Origin: Candidatus Krumholzibacteriota bacterium
GTDB taxonomy: Bacteria; Krumholzibacteriota; Krumholzibacteriia; JAJRXK01
Direction: 5' to 3'
Assembly (NCBI GenBank): GCA_963806035.1
Contig: CAWDWO010000030.1
Coordinates: forward strand, 1 to 64,000
Length of the DNA stretch: 64,000 nt
This document shows positions 26,022 to 36,497 of the stretch, piece by piece. The position numbers and the translations under genes were made by a program. Position 1 is the first letter of the stretch. Each line of letters begins with the position of its first letter. A model generated the notes under the pieces. That model saw only the letters and a program-made list of their open reading frames with translations, was not told the origin of the DNA and did not search any database.

Positions 26022-28161
26022 GTGCCTCGCGCACCCTCTCCGCTGTCATGGGAAGCCGGTGCAGCCTCACTCCAGTCGCGTCGAAGACAGCGTTGGCAAT
26101 TGCCGCTCCCACGCCGATGATGGCGGGCTCGCCACCGCCCTGGGGACTCAACTCGTCATTCTTCACCAGAATGGTTTCGATTTCGGGTAGCGAGCTGAAG
26201 CGCGGCAGTTCGTAGGTGTCGAAATTCTCATCCAGAATCTGTCCGCCCTCAAAACGCACCGTCTCGGTCAGCGCATAGCCCAGACCCATGGTGAGGCAGC
26301 CCTCCATCTGGATGATTGCGCCCTCGGGATTCACGACGACTCCCATCTCCTGCGCGCACACCAGCCTCTTTACTTGGATCTTGCCGCTCGTCTTGTCCAC
26401 CGCGACCTCCGCGATGAGCGCGACATAGGTGCCGGCGTCGATCCCGCAGGCAATGCCGAGACCGCGGCCGCTCGGGGAGGCGCCCTTTTTCCATTCGAAA
26501 TGTTCCGCCACGGAATTCAGCACGCTGAGCATGCGGGGGTCGCTCGTGTTCTTCAGGCGGAATTCGAGTGGATCCACCCCGATCTGCGCCGCCATGATGT
26601 CGATCTGCGATTCGCGGGCGAAAGTGTTGGTGTTCGCCCCGGGGGCGCGCCACGGACCCACCGCGAAAGGATGGGCAGACGTCGAGGCTCCCCGCCGTTC
26701 ACCGTGGACCTTCACCAGGTTGTTGGGCACGTCGTAGTACTGCTCGGTGCCTCTCGAGCCCGCGAAGTAAACGGTGTAGTCCCAGAGGCAGATCTTACCC
26801 GCCGCATCGACCCCCGATCGGACGTCGACCACTGCCGCCGAGTGAAAATGATCGTAGAAGAATTCCTCCGCGCGATTCCAGGCCACTTGGACTGGATTAC
26901 CCGTGAGCACCGCCAAACGCGCGGCCTCTTCGGCCTGGAGTCCCGCGGTTTTCCCTCCGAAGCCGCCGCCCACGAAAGGCGTGATCACTCGGACCTTTTC
27001 TTTTGGCATGCCGACGAGCTTCGCGATGCTCGCCTGGGTGGGAAACGGCGTCTGGGTCGAAGCCCACACCGTCAGCTTGCCATCCTTCAGTTGGGCCAAG
27101 GCAGTGTGAGCTTCCATCGGAGCGTGGGCGCAATAGCCGTCCAGATACCGTTCTTCGAGCACGGATTTGGCGGCTTTCTCTCCGGCCGCGAGATCGCCTC
27201 TGGCTTCACGGTCTTCCGCTTCGCCGGCGACTTTGAGCAGATGGTCGAAAATGGTGGAGTCGTCGACTTGAGGCTTCGGGCGCTCGTATTCCGCCTTGAT
27301 GGACTGCAGGGCCTTGGCGGCCTCCTCGGGATCCTCATGGAGCACCGCGATGAGATCCTTCTCCTTCACGACTCTCGCGCCCGGCCACTTCTCCGCGGCC
27401 GAGGTGTCCACGCTCTTTAGAACCGCATCGTGGGCGGGAGGGCGCAGGATCTTCGCGTAGAGCATGCCCGGAATACGGATGTCACCGGCGTAGAGTGCCT
27501 CGCCCGTCACCTTTTCGCGAGCATCGCGGCGCAGAGTGTCCTTTCCCATCAGCTTGAAGTCGTCCACCGAGGTGAATCTCACTTTTTCCTTCGTCTCGCG
27601 GAAAATCTGACGGCCCTTCGCAAGTTCTCCGAAGCTGATTCGCTCGCGCGGGTTTCCCTTCAGGGAAATGACGCCAGCTTCTACCATCAACTCGTGCTTC
27701 GGCGCCTGAAGCTTTTCTGCCGCGAGCTCCAGCAGGACGGCGCGCGCCTCACATGCGGCCGCGCGCAGAGCGGGGCCGAAGAAGCGCGTGGTCATCGAAC
27801 CGAAAGTCCCCATGTCCCACGGGCACAGATCGGTGTCGCCCATCACCATTTCGATCGCGTCGAGCGAGACCCCGAGCTCCTCGGCGGCCATCTGGGCCAG
27901 GGAGGTCACGACGCCCTGCCCCATTTCGATCTTGCCGGTGAAAACCGTCACTCTTCCGTCTTCGTCGACCCGCAGGTAGGCGTTCGGATCGCTGGGATAG
28001 GGATTGCGCCGTTGCGCTTCCGCGGGGTCTATCGGCCAGCTGCCCACGGTGAACAGAACGACGATTCCACTGCCGATGATCTTGAGGAAGTCACGCCGCT
28101 CGAGCCGCCAACCGGTATCCCATGTTCCAGTTTCACCAGGCTTCAATTGCTCATTGTTCAT
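26005..28161 (-). CDS. Xanthine dehydrogenase-family molybdopterin subunit (IorB-like), Tat-exported
   Basis: Start re-called at MNNEQL; RRDFLK; EMGQG; GGGFGGK; WRAPG; GGGEP. Confidence 0.92.
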   Translation of the reverse strand: MNNEQLKPGETGTWDTGWRLERRDFLKIIGSGIVVLFTVGSWPIDPAEAQRRNPYPSDPNAYLRVDEDGRVTVFTGKIEMGQGVVTSLAQMAAEELGVSLDAIEMVMGDTDLCPWDMGTFGSMTTRFFGPALRAAACEARAVLLELAAEKLQAPKHELMVEAGVISLKGNPRERISFGELAKGRQIFRETKEKVRFTSVDDFKLMGKDTLRRDAREKVTGEALYAGDIRIPGMLYAKILRPPAHDAVLKSVDTSAAEKWPGARVVKEKDLIAVLHEDPEEAAKALQSIKAEYERPKPQVDDSTIFDHLLKVAGEAEDREARGDLAAGEKAAKSVLEERYLDGYCAHAPMEAHTALAQLKDGKLTVWASTQTPFPTQASIAKLVGMPKEKVRVITPFVGGGFGGKTAGLQAEEAARLAVLTGNPVQVAWNRAEEFFYDHFHSAAVVDVRSGVDAAGKICLWDYTVYFAGSRGTEQYYDVPNNLVKVHGERRGASTSAHPFAVGPWRAPGANTNTFARESQIDIMAAQIGVDPLEFRLKNTSDPRMLSVLNSVAEHFEWKKGASPSGRGLGIACGIDAGTYVALIAEVAVDKTSGKIQVKRLVCAQEMGVVVNPEGAIIQMEGCLTMGLGYALTETVRFEGGQILDENFDTYELPRFSSLPEIETILVKNDELSPQGGGEPAIIGVGAAIANAVFDATGVRLHRLPMTAERVREALTKKG

Positions 28162-28169
28162 GGCGGACC

Positions 28170-28634
28170 TCAGATCTTCGAGGAAGTGCGTTCGATGGCC
28201 GTGACGATGCGCTTGTGCGCGCCGCAGCGGCACAGATTGTCGTCCATGCCGCGGATGATCTCTTCGCGACTCAGGTGGGGATTTTTCAGAAGGAGGGCAT
28301 GGGCGGTCATGATCATGCCCGGCGTGCAGAAGCCGCACTGCATGGCGTCGTGCTCGATGAACTGTTTCTGAAGGGGGTGGAGTTTGTCGCCTTTCGTGAG
28401 CCCCTCGATGGTCACGACCTCCTTGCCCGCGACCTCGTCCATCGACACCTGACAAGAGCGCATGGCTTCCTGGTCGATGAGCACGGTGCAGGCGCCGCAG
28501 AGCCCTTCACCACATCCGTATTTTGTTCCCGTGAGATTGAATTCGGTCCGTAAGACCCAGAGGAGCGTCCGCTTGCCGTCGATTTGCAGACGCGTGGGCC
28601 GACCGTTGAGCGTGAACTCGATCGTCGCCTTCAT
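28170..28634 (-). CDS. (2Fe-2S)-binding subunit (IorA/CoxS-like)
   Basis: Start MKATIEF with GAGGGAGG RBS; GCGEGLCGAC, QCGFC and NLCRC motifs. Confidence 0.95.
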   Translation of the reverse strand: MKATIEFTLNGRPTRLQIDGKRTLLWVLRTEFNLTGTKYGCGEGLCGACTVLIDQEAMRSCQVSMDEVAGKEVVTIEGLTKGDKLHPLQKQFIEHDAMQCGFCTPGMIMTAHALLLKNPHLSREEIIRGMDDNLCRCGAHKRIVTAIERTSSKI

Positions 28635-28868
28635 GGTCCCTCCCTCGCTGACTTTCGGTCTGAAAGGGGTTGGCACCCTTGGCAATCTTAGGATTCGCCC
28701 CTCGATCCTCCAAGAAGGAGCGCTGGAAATCCCCCTCTCAAGCGTTGGGTTGAGTAGACAAGGGGCAGACCGCCCCGAGGATTCGCCGGGAGTCCGCCCA
28801 GAGAGGGCTTTTGAGCCAAAATGGCGGCTTGTCGGCGGATTTCGGGGCGACGGCGAAGGGAGAATCCC

Positions 28869-29330
28869 ATGCGCAAATACAATTCGACAATTCTGGCTCT
28901 CACCGGGGCCGCACTGGCCTTCGTGCTCGGGGGCTGCGCGACCGTTCCCTACGGGCAGCAAGTGGTGGAGTACCAACCTGTATACTGTGACGACGCGTAT
29001 CCTCCGCCCCCGCGGGTGGTTTACGTGGAGCACCCCATCGTCGTGGTGAAGCGTGCTCCTGCGCGTCATGTCGAGCACCAGCCGGCTGTCACCTTGCATC
29101 CCCGGGAGGAAGAGGCCCGAGAGGCGAGGACCCCGTCCCGAGAGGTGCCGCGTCAGCCGGTGATCACGCGTCCGGAGCCTGAACGCCTGCGGCCCCAGCG
29201 GGTCGAGACGGGCGGTAGCGAGGAGAGGCAACCCGAGCCCCAGCGCACCGAGCGCCAGAAGGGTCACGCGACCGTGGTCGACCGTAATGACGACCGAGCG
29301 GTTGCCGCCGAACGCGTGTGGAGTCGTTGA
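28869..29330 (+). CDS. Small Pro/Arg/Glu-rich lipoprotein, unknown function
   Basis: Lipobox LGGC; YPPPPRVVYV followed by a low-complexity tail. Confidence 0.6.
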   Translation: MRKYNSTILALTGAALAFVLGGCATVPYGQQVVEYQPVYCDDAYPPPPRVVYVEHPIVVVKRAPARHVEHQPAVTLHPREEEAREARTPSREVPRQPVITRPEPERLRPQRVETGGSEERQPEPQRTERQKGHATVVDRNDDRAVAAERVWSR

Positions 29331-29513
29331 GCTCTGGGCCTTCCCTGAGAGATCCGGGGCACTCCATGCCTCGGTTCGCTCATGGACTGACAACTTTCTC
29401 AGGGCATGCCGAGGAACGAGGTTGTACCATATCGCGAATGGTCGTGACATCTGGCGGGTGTGGATTGCCTGATCCGCAGCCATGAACTCCCGCGATCCGA
29501 GGACTGAAACAGA

Positions 29514-30614
29514 ATGAGTGCGAGGAACTGGGGGTGGCTGGCTCTGACGCTGCCTCTTCTGCTATGGGTGTCTGCCTGCTCGCGCAATGGCGGGGCAGAG
29601 GACAAGGGGGGCGCCAAGGGACCGAATGCGGCGGGTCAGACGGCCGCAGTTCCGGTCTCGGTGACCGAGGTCGTGCCCCGCAATCTCGCTCGCACGGTGG
29701 CCGTCACCGGCCCCGTCGAACCCATTCGAACCGTCACCGTGAACGCCCAGACCGCGGGTACGGTTCTCTCGGTGCTCGTGGAGGAGGGGGATCGGGTTCA
29801 CGGGGGACAGCTTATGGCGGAACTGGATTCCCGGGAGACCGCGGCGCAGCTCGAAAGAGCGCGCGCGGTCCTCGCCAACGCGCAAGCAGCCTTTGAACGA
29901 CAGCAGCGATTGCAGAAGAACGACCTGAGTTCCGACGCCGAGATCGAATCGGCGCGCTCCGCCTTCGAGATCGCCCAGGCCGACGTTCGGCTCTGGAGCA
30001 CACGCCTCGCTTTTTGCCGCGTTACCGCACCCATCTCGGGCGTGGTCACGGCAAAGCGCGTCGAAAAGGGAGCGGCTGTCTCTTCCACCAGTCCCATGTT
30101 CTCCATCGCGGATGATTCGCTCTTGGTGGTGCGGGTGCGCGTTTCCGAACTGGACGTCGCCCACCTTCATCCGGGTCAGTCCGCTTCGATGCAGCTCGAT
30201 GCCTATCCGGGCCAGAAGTTTTCGGGGAGCATTCGCAGGATCTTTCCCTCTGCCGATGCGGCAAGTCGCCTCGTGCCGGTGGAAACCGTCTTGGGCAAGC
30301 TGCCGCAGGGAGTGATCGCCCGACCGGGCTATCTCGCGCGCGTCGAATTCGCCCTCAACACCCGCAGCGGAGTATTGGCCGTGCCCGCTCCGGCCATCGG
30401 AGTCACCGATAGCACTTCCTACGTCTATGTAGTGAGGGCGGACACCTTGAGCCGCAGGACCGTCCACACCGGACTCACCACTTCGGGGTGGATCGAGATC
30501 ACCTCGGGTCTTCAGTCCGGTGATCGCGTGGTCAGCTCGGGGCACGTCAATCTGCGTCCCGGCGTGAGAGTGCGAGTCAGCGGCGAGGCAACGCCGGCCG
30601 AGAGTACGCGATGA
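29514..30614 (+). CDS. RND efflux periplasmic adaptor
   Basis: Lipobox VSAC; VEEGDRV; TAPISGVV; GLQSGDRVV. Confidence 0.92.
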   Translation: MSARNWGWLALTLPLLLWVSACSRNGGAEDKGGAKGPNAAGQTAAVPVSVTEVVPRNLARTVAVTGPVEPIRTVTVNAQTAGTVLSVLVEEGDRVHGGQLMAELDSRETAAQLERARAVLANAQAAFERQQRLQKNDLSSDAEIESARSAFEIAQADVRLWSTRLAFCRVTAPISGVVTAKRVEKGAAVSSTSPMFSIADDSLLVVRVRVSELDVAHLHPGQSASMQLDAYPGQKFSGSIRRIFPSADAASRLVPVETVLGKLPQGVIARPGYLARVEFALNTRSGVLAVPAPAIGVTDSTSYVYVVRADTLSRRTVHTGLTTSGWIEITSGLQSGDRVVSSGHVNLRPGVRVRVSGEATPAESTR

Positions 30615-33600
30615 GCGAATCCAAGACGCAGCGAGGGCTATCGAGTCTCTCGATCCGGCGGCCCATCGGTGTCGTGGCCTGTGCCTCGGTGGTCGTGGTG
30701 CTGGGGCTCTTCTTCGTGCGTCAGCTACCTCTGGATTTGTTGCCCCAGATCATCTATCCGCAGATTCGCGTGCGCGTGACCTATCCCGGCGTGGCGCCGG
30801 AGGTGATGGAAGAGCAGGTCACCAAGGTGCTGGAAACCAGTCTGGCCACCACCGAGGACTTGATTGCGCTGGAAAGCGAGACCAGCGAAGGCGATTGCGA
30901 CATCGACCTTCATTTCAACTACGGCACGGACATCAACTTCGCCCTGCAGGACGCGTCCAAGAATCTCGATCGCGCGCGCAGTCGTCTGCCGGTCGAAGCC
31001 GATCCCCCCGTCATCCGCAAGCTCGATCCTTCGCAGATCCCGGTCTTCGAGGTGGGTTTCAGCTCCGCCACCCGCGACCTGATCGATCTGCGCAAGTGGG
31101 TGGAATTGCGTCTGGAACCGCAGCTTTTGACTATCGAAGGCGTGGCGGCGGTGGATGTGGCGGGGGGGCTGGTGCGCGAAATCCACGTGACGCTGGACCA
31201 GGAGCGGCTTCGGTCCTACGGCCTCACCATTTCGGACATCCTCGAGCGAATCCGCTCAGAGAACCAGGATATCGCAGTGGGCAACGTGACCTCGCCCAAC
31301 TTCGAGATCGTGGGCAAGACGGCGGGCAAGTTCAAAACCGTGGACGACATTCGCAAGGTTCTGCTGACGGTGCCCGGCAGCTCCCAGAGAATTCCTCTCT
31401 CGGAAGTTGCCAAGATCACCGACACCCATGAAGAGCAGAGGTTGTGGGCGCGGTTGGACGGCGTGCCTGCGGTCAAGCTCTCCGTGAGCAAACAGCCCGA
31501 CGCCAACACGGTCACGGTCGCGCAGGGAATCGCCGAGCGTTTGAAGGAGCTCCAGAGTTCCCGCTTCATTCCCGACGACATCCACTACGAAGTCATCTCC
31601 GACCAGTCCTTCTTCATTCGTAACGCGGTGGCCGGAGTGCGCAATGCCGCGATCGTCGGCGCCGGGCTGGCCATGTGCATCGTCCTGCTCTTCTTGGGCA
31701 GCATTCGCAGGACCTTCATCATCGGCCTGTCGATTCCTTTGGCCGTGCTGGCGACCTTCGCGATGATGGGGATGGGGAAGCTCACCCTGAACATCATGAG
31801 TCTGGGCGGTCTCGCTTTGGGCATTGGGCTTCTCATCGACAACTCCATCGTGATGTTGGAGAACATCTTCCGGCATCGGCAGCTGGGAGTGACCGATCCG
31901 GTCGAATCGGCCGAGCGCGGATCGGCCGAAGTGGCCTCCGCAGTCACCGCATCCACTCTGACCAACTTGGCGGCGGTCGTGCCGTTCCTGCTCATCACCG
32001 GACTCGCCGCGCTCATCTTCCGCGAGTTGATCCTGACCATCTCCTTTGCGATCGTGGCCTCTCTGGCCACCGCCTTGACCTTGGTGCCCATGTTGTCCGC
32101 CCAGCTCGCGAAAGTGCACCGCAGCAGCCACCTCGACCACAATCCGGCCGTCCTCCTCTTCAACCGCGGGTTGGTGGGCTTCACCGGGCTCTACCGGCGT
32201 CTGGCCACCTGGTCGGTGCGTTTTCGCTGGCTGGTCCTGCTCATCGCGTTCGGTGGATTTTTCGCTTCGCTTGCACTCGTGAGAGGGCTGGGCAACGAGT
32301 TCCTGCCCGCCGTGGACGACGGCAACGTGGGAGTGTACTTGCGCATGCCTCCGGGGACATCGCCGGAGAGGACCAACGAGATCGCGTTGAAGCTGGAGGA
32401 TCTGGTGCACGGCATGCCTTACGTCGAGCACGTCTTCACCACCGCCGGAGGCTATCTGTATGGCGGAGCCACTCTGGCCCGGGGCGGCCGCGGTTCGATG
32501 TCGATTCAGCTCACTCCGGCCAGTCAGCGGCGCAGCATGCCGGCAACCCGCTGGGTCGACACCCTGAGGGCAAAGATCAACCAACTGGGCATTCCCGGAG
32601 CCCAGATCTTCGTGCGTCCGCCGCGAATCCGCGGACTACGCACCAACCGGGTGGGATCGGACGTGGCAGTGTCGGTACAGGGAGACGACCTGGCCAAGCT
32701 GCAGTCCATCGGCTACGAGATGCAACGGCGCATGAAGCCGATTCGCGGACTCTCGGGAGTCGAACTCTCGACCGAGGAAGCCAGCCCGCAGCTCTCCATC
32801 GAAATCGACCGCCAACGCGCGGCCGACCTGGGACTGGATGTGGCCCAGGTGGGCCAGACGGTCCGGACGGCACTGGATGGCACCATCGTCACGCGCTTCA
32901 CCGACAAGAACAACGAGTTCGACATCCGCGTCCGTCTTCCGCGAGACAAGTTCACCAGTCCAGAGGATTTGGGAGCGATTGCGCTCTTCCCCGGCGATGA
33001 CGAGCCCATCTACTTGCGGGACGTGGCGGAGGTGCGCTTGGGCACCGGACCCACCACCATCTTGCGGGTGAACCAAAATCGTCAACTGCGGGTCACCGGG
33101 GATGTCGACGACGCGGTCGCCAGCGTGGGCGAGGTGACCGCCGCGGTGCGCAGCGTCCTGGCTGACATGCCTCTGCCGCAGGGCTACTCGTTGATTTACG
33201 GGGGGGAGGAACAGGCGCTGCGCGAGAACCAGCGCAATCTGCGCATCGTCATCTTATTGGCCGTGTTTTTGGTCTTCGTGGTGATGGCGGTGCAGTACGA
33301 GAGCATCAGCGACCCCTTGACCATCCTGGTCTCCATACCTCTGGCCCTGATCGGAGTCGCACTTCTGCTTTGGCTCACGGGGACGCCCCTGAGCGCGCCG
33401 GTGCTTCTGGGGGTGATCCTTTTGGCCGGAATCGTGGTGAACAACGCGATTCTCTTGGTGCAGTACGTGGAGATTGCGCGGCGCGAAAAGGGATTGCCCG
33501 TCGAAGCGGCGGTCGTGGAAGCGGGCGCGGTACGTCTGCGTCCGATTTTGATGACCACCACCACGACCGTCTTCGGGATGCTGCCCCTGGCGTTGGGGCT

Positions 33601-33781
33601 GGGAGAGGGATCGGAACTGATGCAGCCCTTGGCCATCGCGGTCATCGGTGGATTGACGATGTCGACCCTGCTCACCCTGATCGTGGTGCCCTGCGCCTAT
33701 CTCATCGTGCATCAAATCGCGGATGGTCTGCGGCGATTCGTGATCGGCGGGCCCGGACCGCATCCGAAGCAAGAGCCGTGA
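30611..33781 (+). CDS. RND efflux permease (AcrB family)
   Basis: YPGVAPEVME, GLLIDNSIVMLENI, GIVVNNAIL and RLRPILMT motifs; 1056 aa. Confidence 0.96.
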   Translation: MSESKTQRGLSSLSIRRPIGVVACASVVVVLGLFFVRQLPLDLLPQIIYPQIRVRVTYPGVAPEVMEEQVTKVLETSLATTEDLIALESETSEGDCDIDLHFNYGTDINFALQDASKNLDRARSRLPVEADPPVIRKLDPSQIPVFEVGFSSATRDLIDLRKWVELRLEPQLLTIEGVAAVDVAGGLVREIHVTLDQERLRSYGLTISDILERIRSENQDIAVGNVTSPNFEIVGKTAGKFKTVDDIRKVLLTVPGSSQRIPLSEVAKITDTHEEQRLWARLDGVPAVKLSVSKQPDANTVTVAQGIAERLKELQSSRFIPDDIHYEVISDQSFFIRNAVAGVRNAAIVGAGLAMCIVLLFLGSIRRTFIIGLSIPLAVLATFAMMGMGKLTLNIMSLGGLALGIGLLIDNSIVMLENIFRHRQLGVTDPVESAERGSAEVASAVTASTLTNLAAVVPFLLITGLAALIFRELILTISFAIVASLATALTLVPMLSAQLAKVHRSSHLDHNPAVLLFNRGLVGFTGLYRRLATWSVRFRWLVLLIAFGGFFASLALVRGLGNEFLPAVDDGNVGVYLRMPPGTSPERTNEIALKLEDLVHGMPYVEHVFTTAGGYLYGGATLARGGRGSMSIQLTPASQRRSMPATRWVDTLRAKINQLGIPGAQIFVRPPRIRGLRTNRVGSDVAVSVQGDDLAKLQSIGYEMQRRMKPIRGLSGVELSTEEASPQLSIEIDRQRAADLGLDVAQVGQTVRTALDGTIVTRFTDKNNEFDIRVRLPRDKFTSPEDLGAIALFPGDDEPIYLRDVAEVRLGTGPTTILRVNQNRQLRVTGDVDDAVASVGEVTAAVRSVLADMPLPQGYSLIYGGEEQALRENQRNLRIVILLAVFLVFVVMAVQYESISDPLTILVSIPLALIGVALLLWLTGTPLSAPVLLGVILLAGIVVNNAILLVQYVEIARREKGLPVEAAVVEAGAVRLRPILMTTTTTVFGMLPLALGLGEGSELMQPLAIAVIGGLTMSTLLTLIVVPCAYLIVHQIADGLRRFVIGGPGPHPKQEP

Positions 33782-33808
33782 GCCAAGAGTGAGCCTGAAT
33801 TTTCGGAT

Positions 33809-34807
33809 CTAGGATTTCCTTGCCTCGATGACGAAGTCCATCTCTCGCTGCCCCTGGCGCACGATGGGGTCCTCGAACCCTGCCGCCGCCAGGTCCTCGC
33901 TCTGTTCGGCAAAACTGTAGGTTCCTCCGGCATCGGTATTGACCAACATGTTGATCGCGAACATTGCGCCCGCGGTGGGAGAGACGTGATCGTCACTCAT
34001 GACCATGTCGCGGATGAAGATGCTTCCTCCCGGCGCGAGGGCCTCGTGCACTTTGCGGTAAAGATCGCGGTTCTGCTTGCGCGAGTTCTGGTGCGCGATG
34101 GCACTGATCCAGGCCATGTCCGCGCCTTCAGGAAAACGATCGTCCTCGTAGAAGTCGCCTGGCACCAGCTGGACTCGGTCGAGCATGTCGTGAGCTTCGA
34201 AGTGCCGGCGCGCAATCGGAACCACCTCGGGTAAGTCGTAGTAGATCGCCTGCATCTTCGGATTGGCCTCCAGGAACGCGCGGGTATAGGTCCCGGGTCC
34301 ACCGCCGATGTCCAGCAGCTTCTTGAAGGGAAGCGATCCCAAGGAGGCCACCACGCGGGGAGCGGCCTCGTGGCTCGCGACCTCCATCGCTTCGATGAAG
34401 GAACGCCGGTCTTCGGCATGTCCACGCACACTCGCCAGGCGATCGAAGCGCGTTCCCTCCTTCACCACCCAGGCCAGCTGGGCCCAACTGCGCAGGCAAT
34501 TCGCCTGGTGGCGGAGCATGTTGACCACGTTTCCCGGAGCGCTCTCGTCGAAGAGTTCAGCGATACCGCTTGCAGGGCGATACACACCCTTTTCCTTCTG
34601 GAGCAGACCGAGCGCGGTGAGGGCGTCGGCCAGCATGGCGGTGGCGCGCTCATCGAGCGCCAATTTGCGGGCCAGATTCCCGGCGGACATGGCTTTTTCC
34701 TCCAGGGCCAAAATGAGGTCGAGCTCGGCCGCGGCCACGATCACACAGGCGCTCTGAAACTGACGTGCAGTGCTCAAGAGGTTTTCGGCATTCCATTGTC
34801 CAGTCAT
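33809..34807 (-). CDS. SAM-dependent O-methyltransferase with dimerisation domain
   Basis: Start re-called at MTGQWNA; LLDIGGGPG, DLPEV and GDFY motifs. Confidence 0.9.
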   Translation of the reverse strand: MTGQWNAENLLSTARQFQSACVIVAAAELDLILALEEKAMSAGNLARKLALDERATAMLADALTALGLLQKEKGVYRPASGIAELFDESAPGNVVNMLRHQANCLRSWAQLAWVVKEGTRFDRLASVRGHAEDRRSFIEAMEVASHEAAPRVVASLGSLPFKKLLDIGGGPGTYTRAFLEANPKMQAIYYDLPEVVPIARRHFEAHDMLDRVQLVPGDFYEDDRFPEGADMAWISAIAHQNSRKQNRDLYRKVHEALAPGGSIFIRDMVMSDDHVSPTAGAMFAINMLVNTDAGGTYSFAEQSEDLAAAGFEDPIVRQGQREMDFVIEARKS

Positions 34808-35001
34808 GAGATCCCTCGTTTTCTCCGAATGAAGCTGGCGGGTGCTTCCTTCCATTTTCCACTCCGGTAGGCCTTCCGCAAGCTCCATATACGCAGGCAC
34901 GAAAGAAATTCCCTCCGTCGATGTGCCGGGATTGAGTCGGGTTGTGCTACGCTTGGCACGCTTGGCCAAGGCGGCCATACCACTTCCACGGAGGAACCAC
35001 C

Positions 35002-36456
35002 ATGTCTCGGGTAAGACCACCTAGATTCCAAAGTCTGGCCGCTTTCGCCTTCATTGGAATGGCCGCTTGGTTGGGTGGATGTAGTGATGACGAAAGTCCT
35101 ACCGCGCCCTTTCAAGACGAGTTTGCCCAGACGATCGTGCAGTTCGAACTCTCGGCGCTTCCCCAAATTCCCTATCCCGACGACAACCACTTTTTGGCCG
35201 AACGAGTGGCGCTTGGCCGCTTGCTGTTCTTCGATCCCATTCTGGGAGGAGAATCTGACCCCCTACTGAAACAGGCCGCGGGCAAAGACCCCTACCGTTA
35301 CCGCGCCAACGACGTGGCTTGCGCTACGTGTCATCATCCCGCCTTCAATTTCGCCGACGGTCGCCGCCTCGGAGCGGGCGTGGGTGGCGCGCAATTCGAC
35401 GATCTGGATCTGGGTCCTTCGCGAGTGGTTCCGGGGATCTCGCTGGTTACGGGTGATCCGGTAGGCACCGAACCGCGCAACAGCATGACGATCCTGAATG
35501 CGGCGTTCAACGGTAAGGACTCCATCACGCCGTCGGCAGACAGCTTCCAGTTCATGGATGGTCGGGTGACCGACGGGCTCGAGGGTCAAGCCATTCTCCC
35601 GCTCACCTCCCGCGAGGAAATGGCGGGAGATGCCTATGGGCCCACGGCCACCGTCCAGGACGCGCAGGACGCGGTGACCCAGCGCATCCGCGCGATTCCT
35701 GAATACGTGATGCGATTCCGACAGGCCTTTGCCGGCGAGATCAACGATGCCAGCGATATCACGATTCAGCACATCGGACGCGCCATCGCGGCGTACGAGC
35801 GCGAGCTCATCACCCCCAACTCACGCTACGACCAGTTCGTGAGCGGCGACTACGGGGTGTTCACGCAGCAGGAAAAGCAGGGCTTCAAGCTGTTCTTTGG
35901 CAAGGGAGTCTGTGGAGACTGCCATCGCGGGCCCATGCTCTCCGACTTCGAATTCGTAGTGCAGGGAGTCGGCGAGGATTACGACTCGATCATGCCGGGA
36001 TTCCCGGGCAAGAACGGTCTGGGGGGCGATTTTGGCCGCTTCCATGCCGACGAAGTTGCTTTCGCCGATCAGAAGTTCGCCTTTCGGACTCTGACCATTC
36101 GCAACGTGGAGCTCACCGCGCCGTACTTTCACAGTGGCAGTGCCGGCACCCTCATGGAGGTCCTGGAGTTCTACAATAGGGGCGGACGTGGGCCACAGGA
36201 TATCAGCGACGCCGAAATGGCGGCGGCGGGTGTGGTCCGCGATGCATCCATCCATCCTCTCGATTTGAGTCAGGAGGAGATGGAAGCGATCGTCGCTTTC
36301 TTGAAGACGACCACTGCACCCGTGCAGACTGCGTCCTTGGGGATCAACTTGACCGAGGTTCCTCAGAGAGTGCCCAGCGGTTTGGTGCCCCCGGGAATTG
36401 CGACTCCGGAGGGCTCGGGGCCCTTCTTGACGGCACATCAGGAAGCTCGATACTAG
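35002..36456 (+). CDS. Diheme cytochrome c peroxidase/MauG-superfamily lipoprotein
   Basis: GGAGG RBS; lipobox LGGC; LGRLLFFD; CATCH; CGDCH; RNVELTAPYFHSG. Confidence 0.9.
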   Translation: MSRVRPPRFQSLAAFAFIGMAAWLGGCSDDESPTAPFQDEFAQTIVQFELSALPQIPYPDDNHFLAERVALGRLLFFDPILGGESDPLLKQAAGKDPYRYRANDVACATCHHPAFNFADGRRLGAGVGGAQFDDLDLGPSRVVPGISLVTGDPVGTEPRNSMTILNAAFNGKDSITPSADSFQFMDGRVTDGLEGQAILPLTSREEMAGDAYGPTATVQDAQDAVTQRIRAIPEYVMRFRQAFAGEINDASDITIQHIGRAIAAYERELITPNSRYDQFVSGDYGVFTQQEKQGFKLFFGKGVCGDCHRGPMLSDFEFVVQGVGEDYDSIMPGFPGKNGLGGDFGRFHADEVAFADQKFAFRTLTIRNVELTAPYFHSGSAGTLMEVLEFYNRGGRGPQDISDAEMAAAGVVRDASIHPLDLSQEEMEAIVAFLKTTTAPVQTASLGINLTEVPQRVPSGLVPPGIATPEGSGPFLTAHQEARY

Positions 36457-36497
36457 AGCATCGACAGGATCGCTCTGCGCGCCGAGAAAGCGGCAGC

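Noticed and set aside
28635..29483. Long N-terminal extension of the 2Fe-2S ORF (likewise extensions of the 28455, 5473, 35020 and 50821 ORFs)
   Set aside because: Better starts with RBS or family-typical N-termini lie downstream, and the extensions overlap other genes.
34953..34970. Sigma54 promoter at TTGGCACG
   Set aside because: No GC at the -12 position with the required GG-N10-GC spacing.
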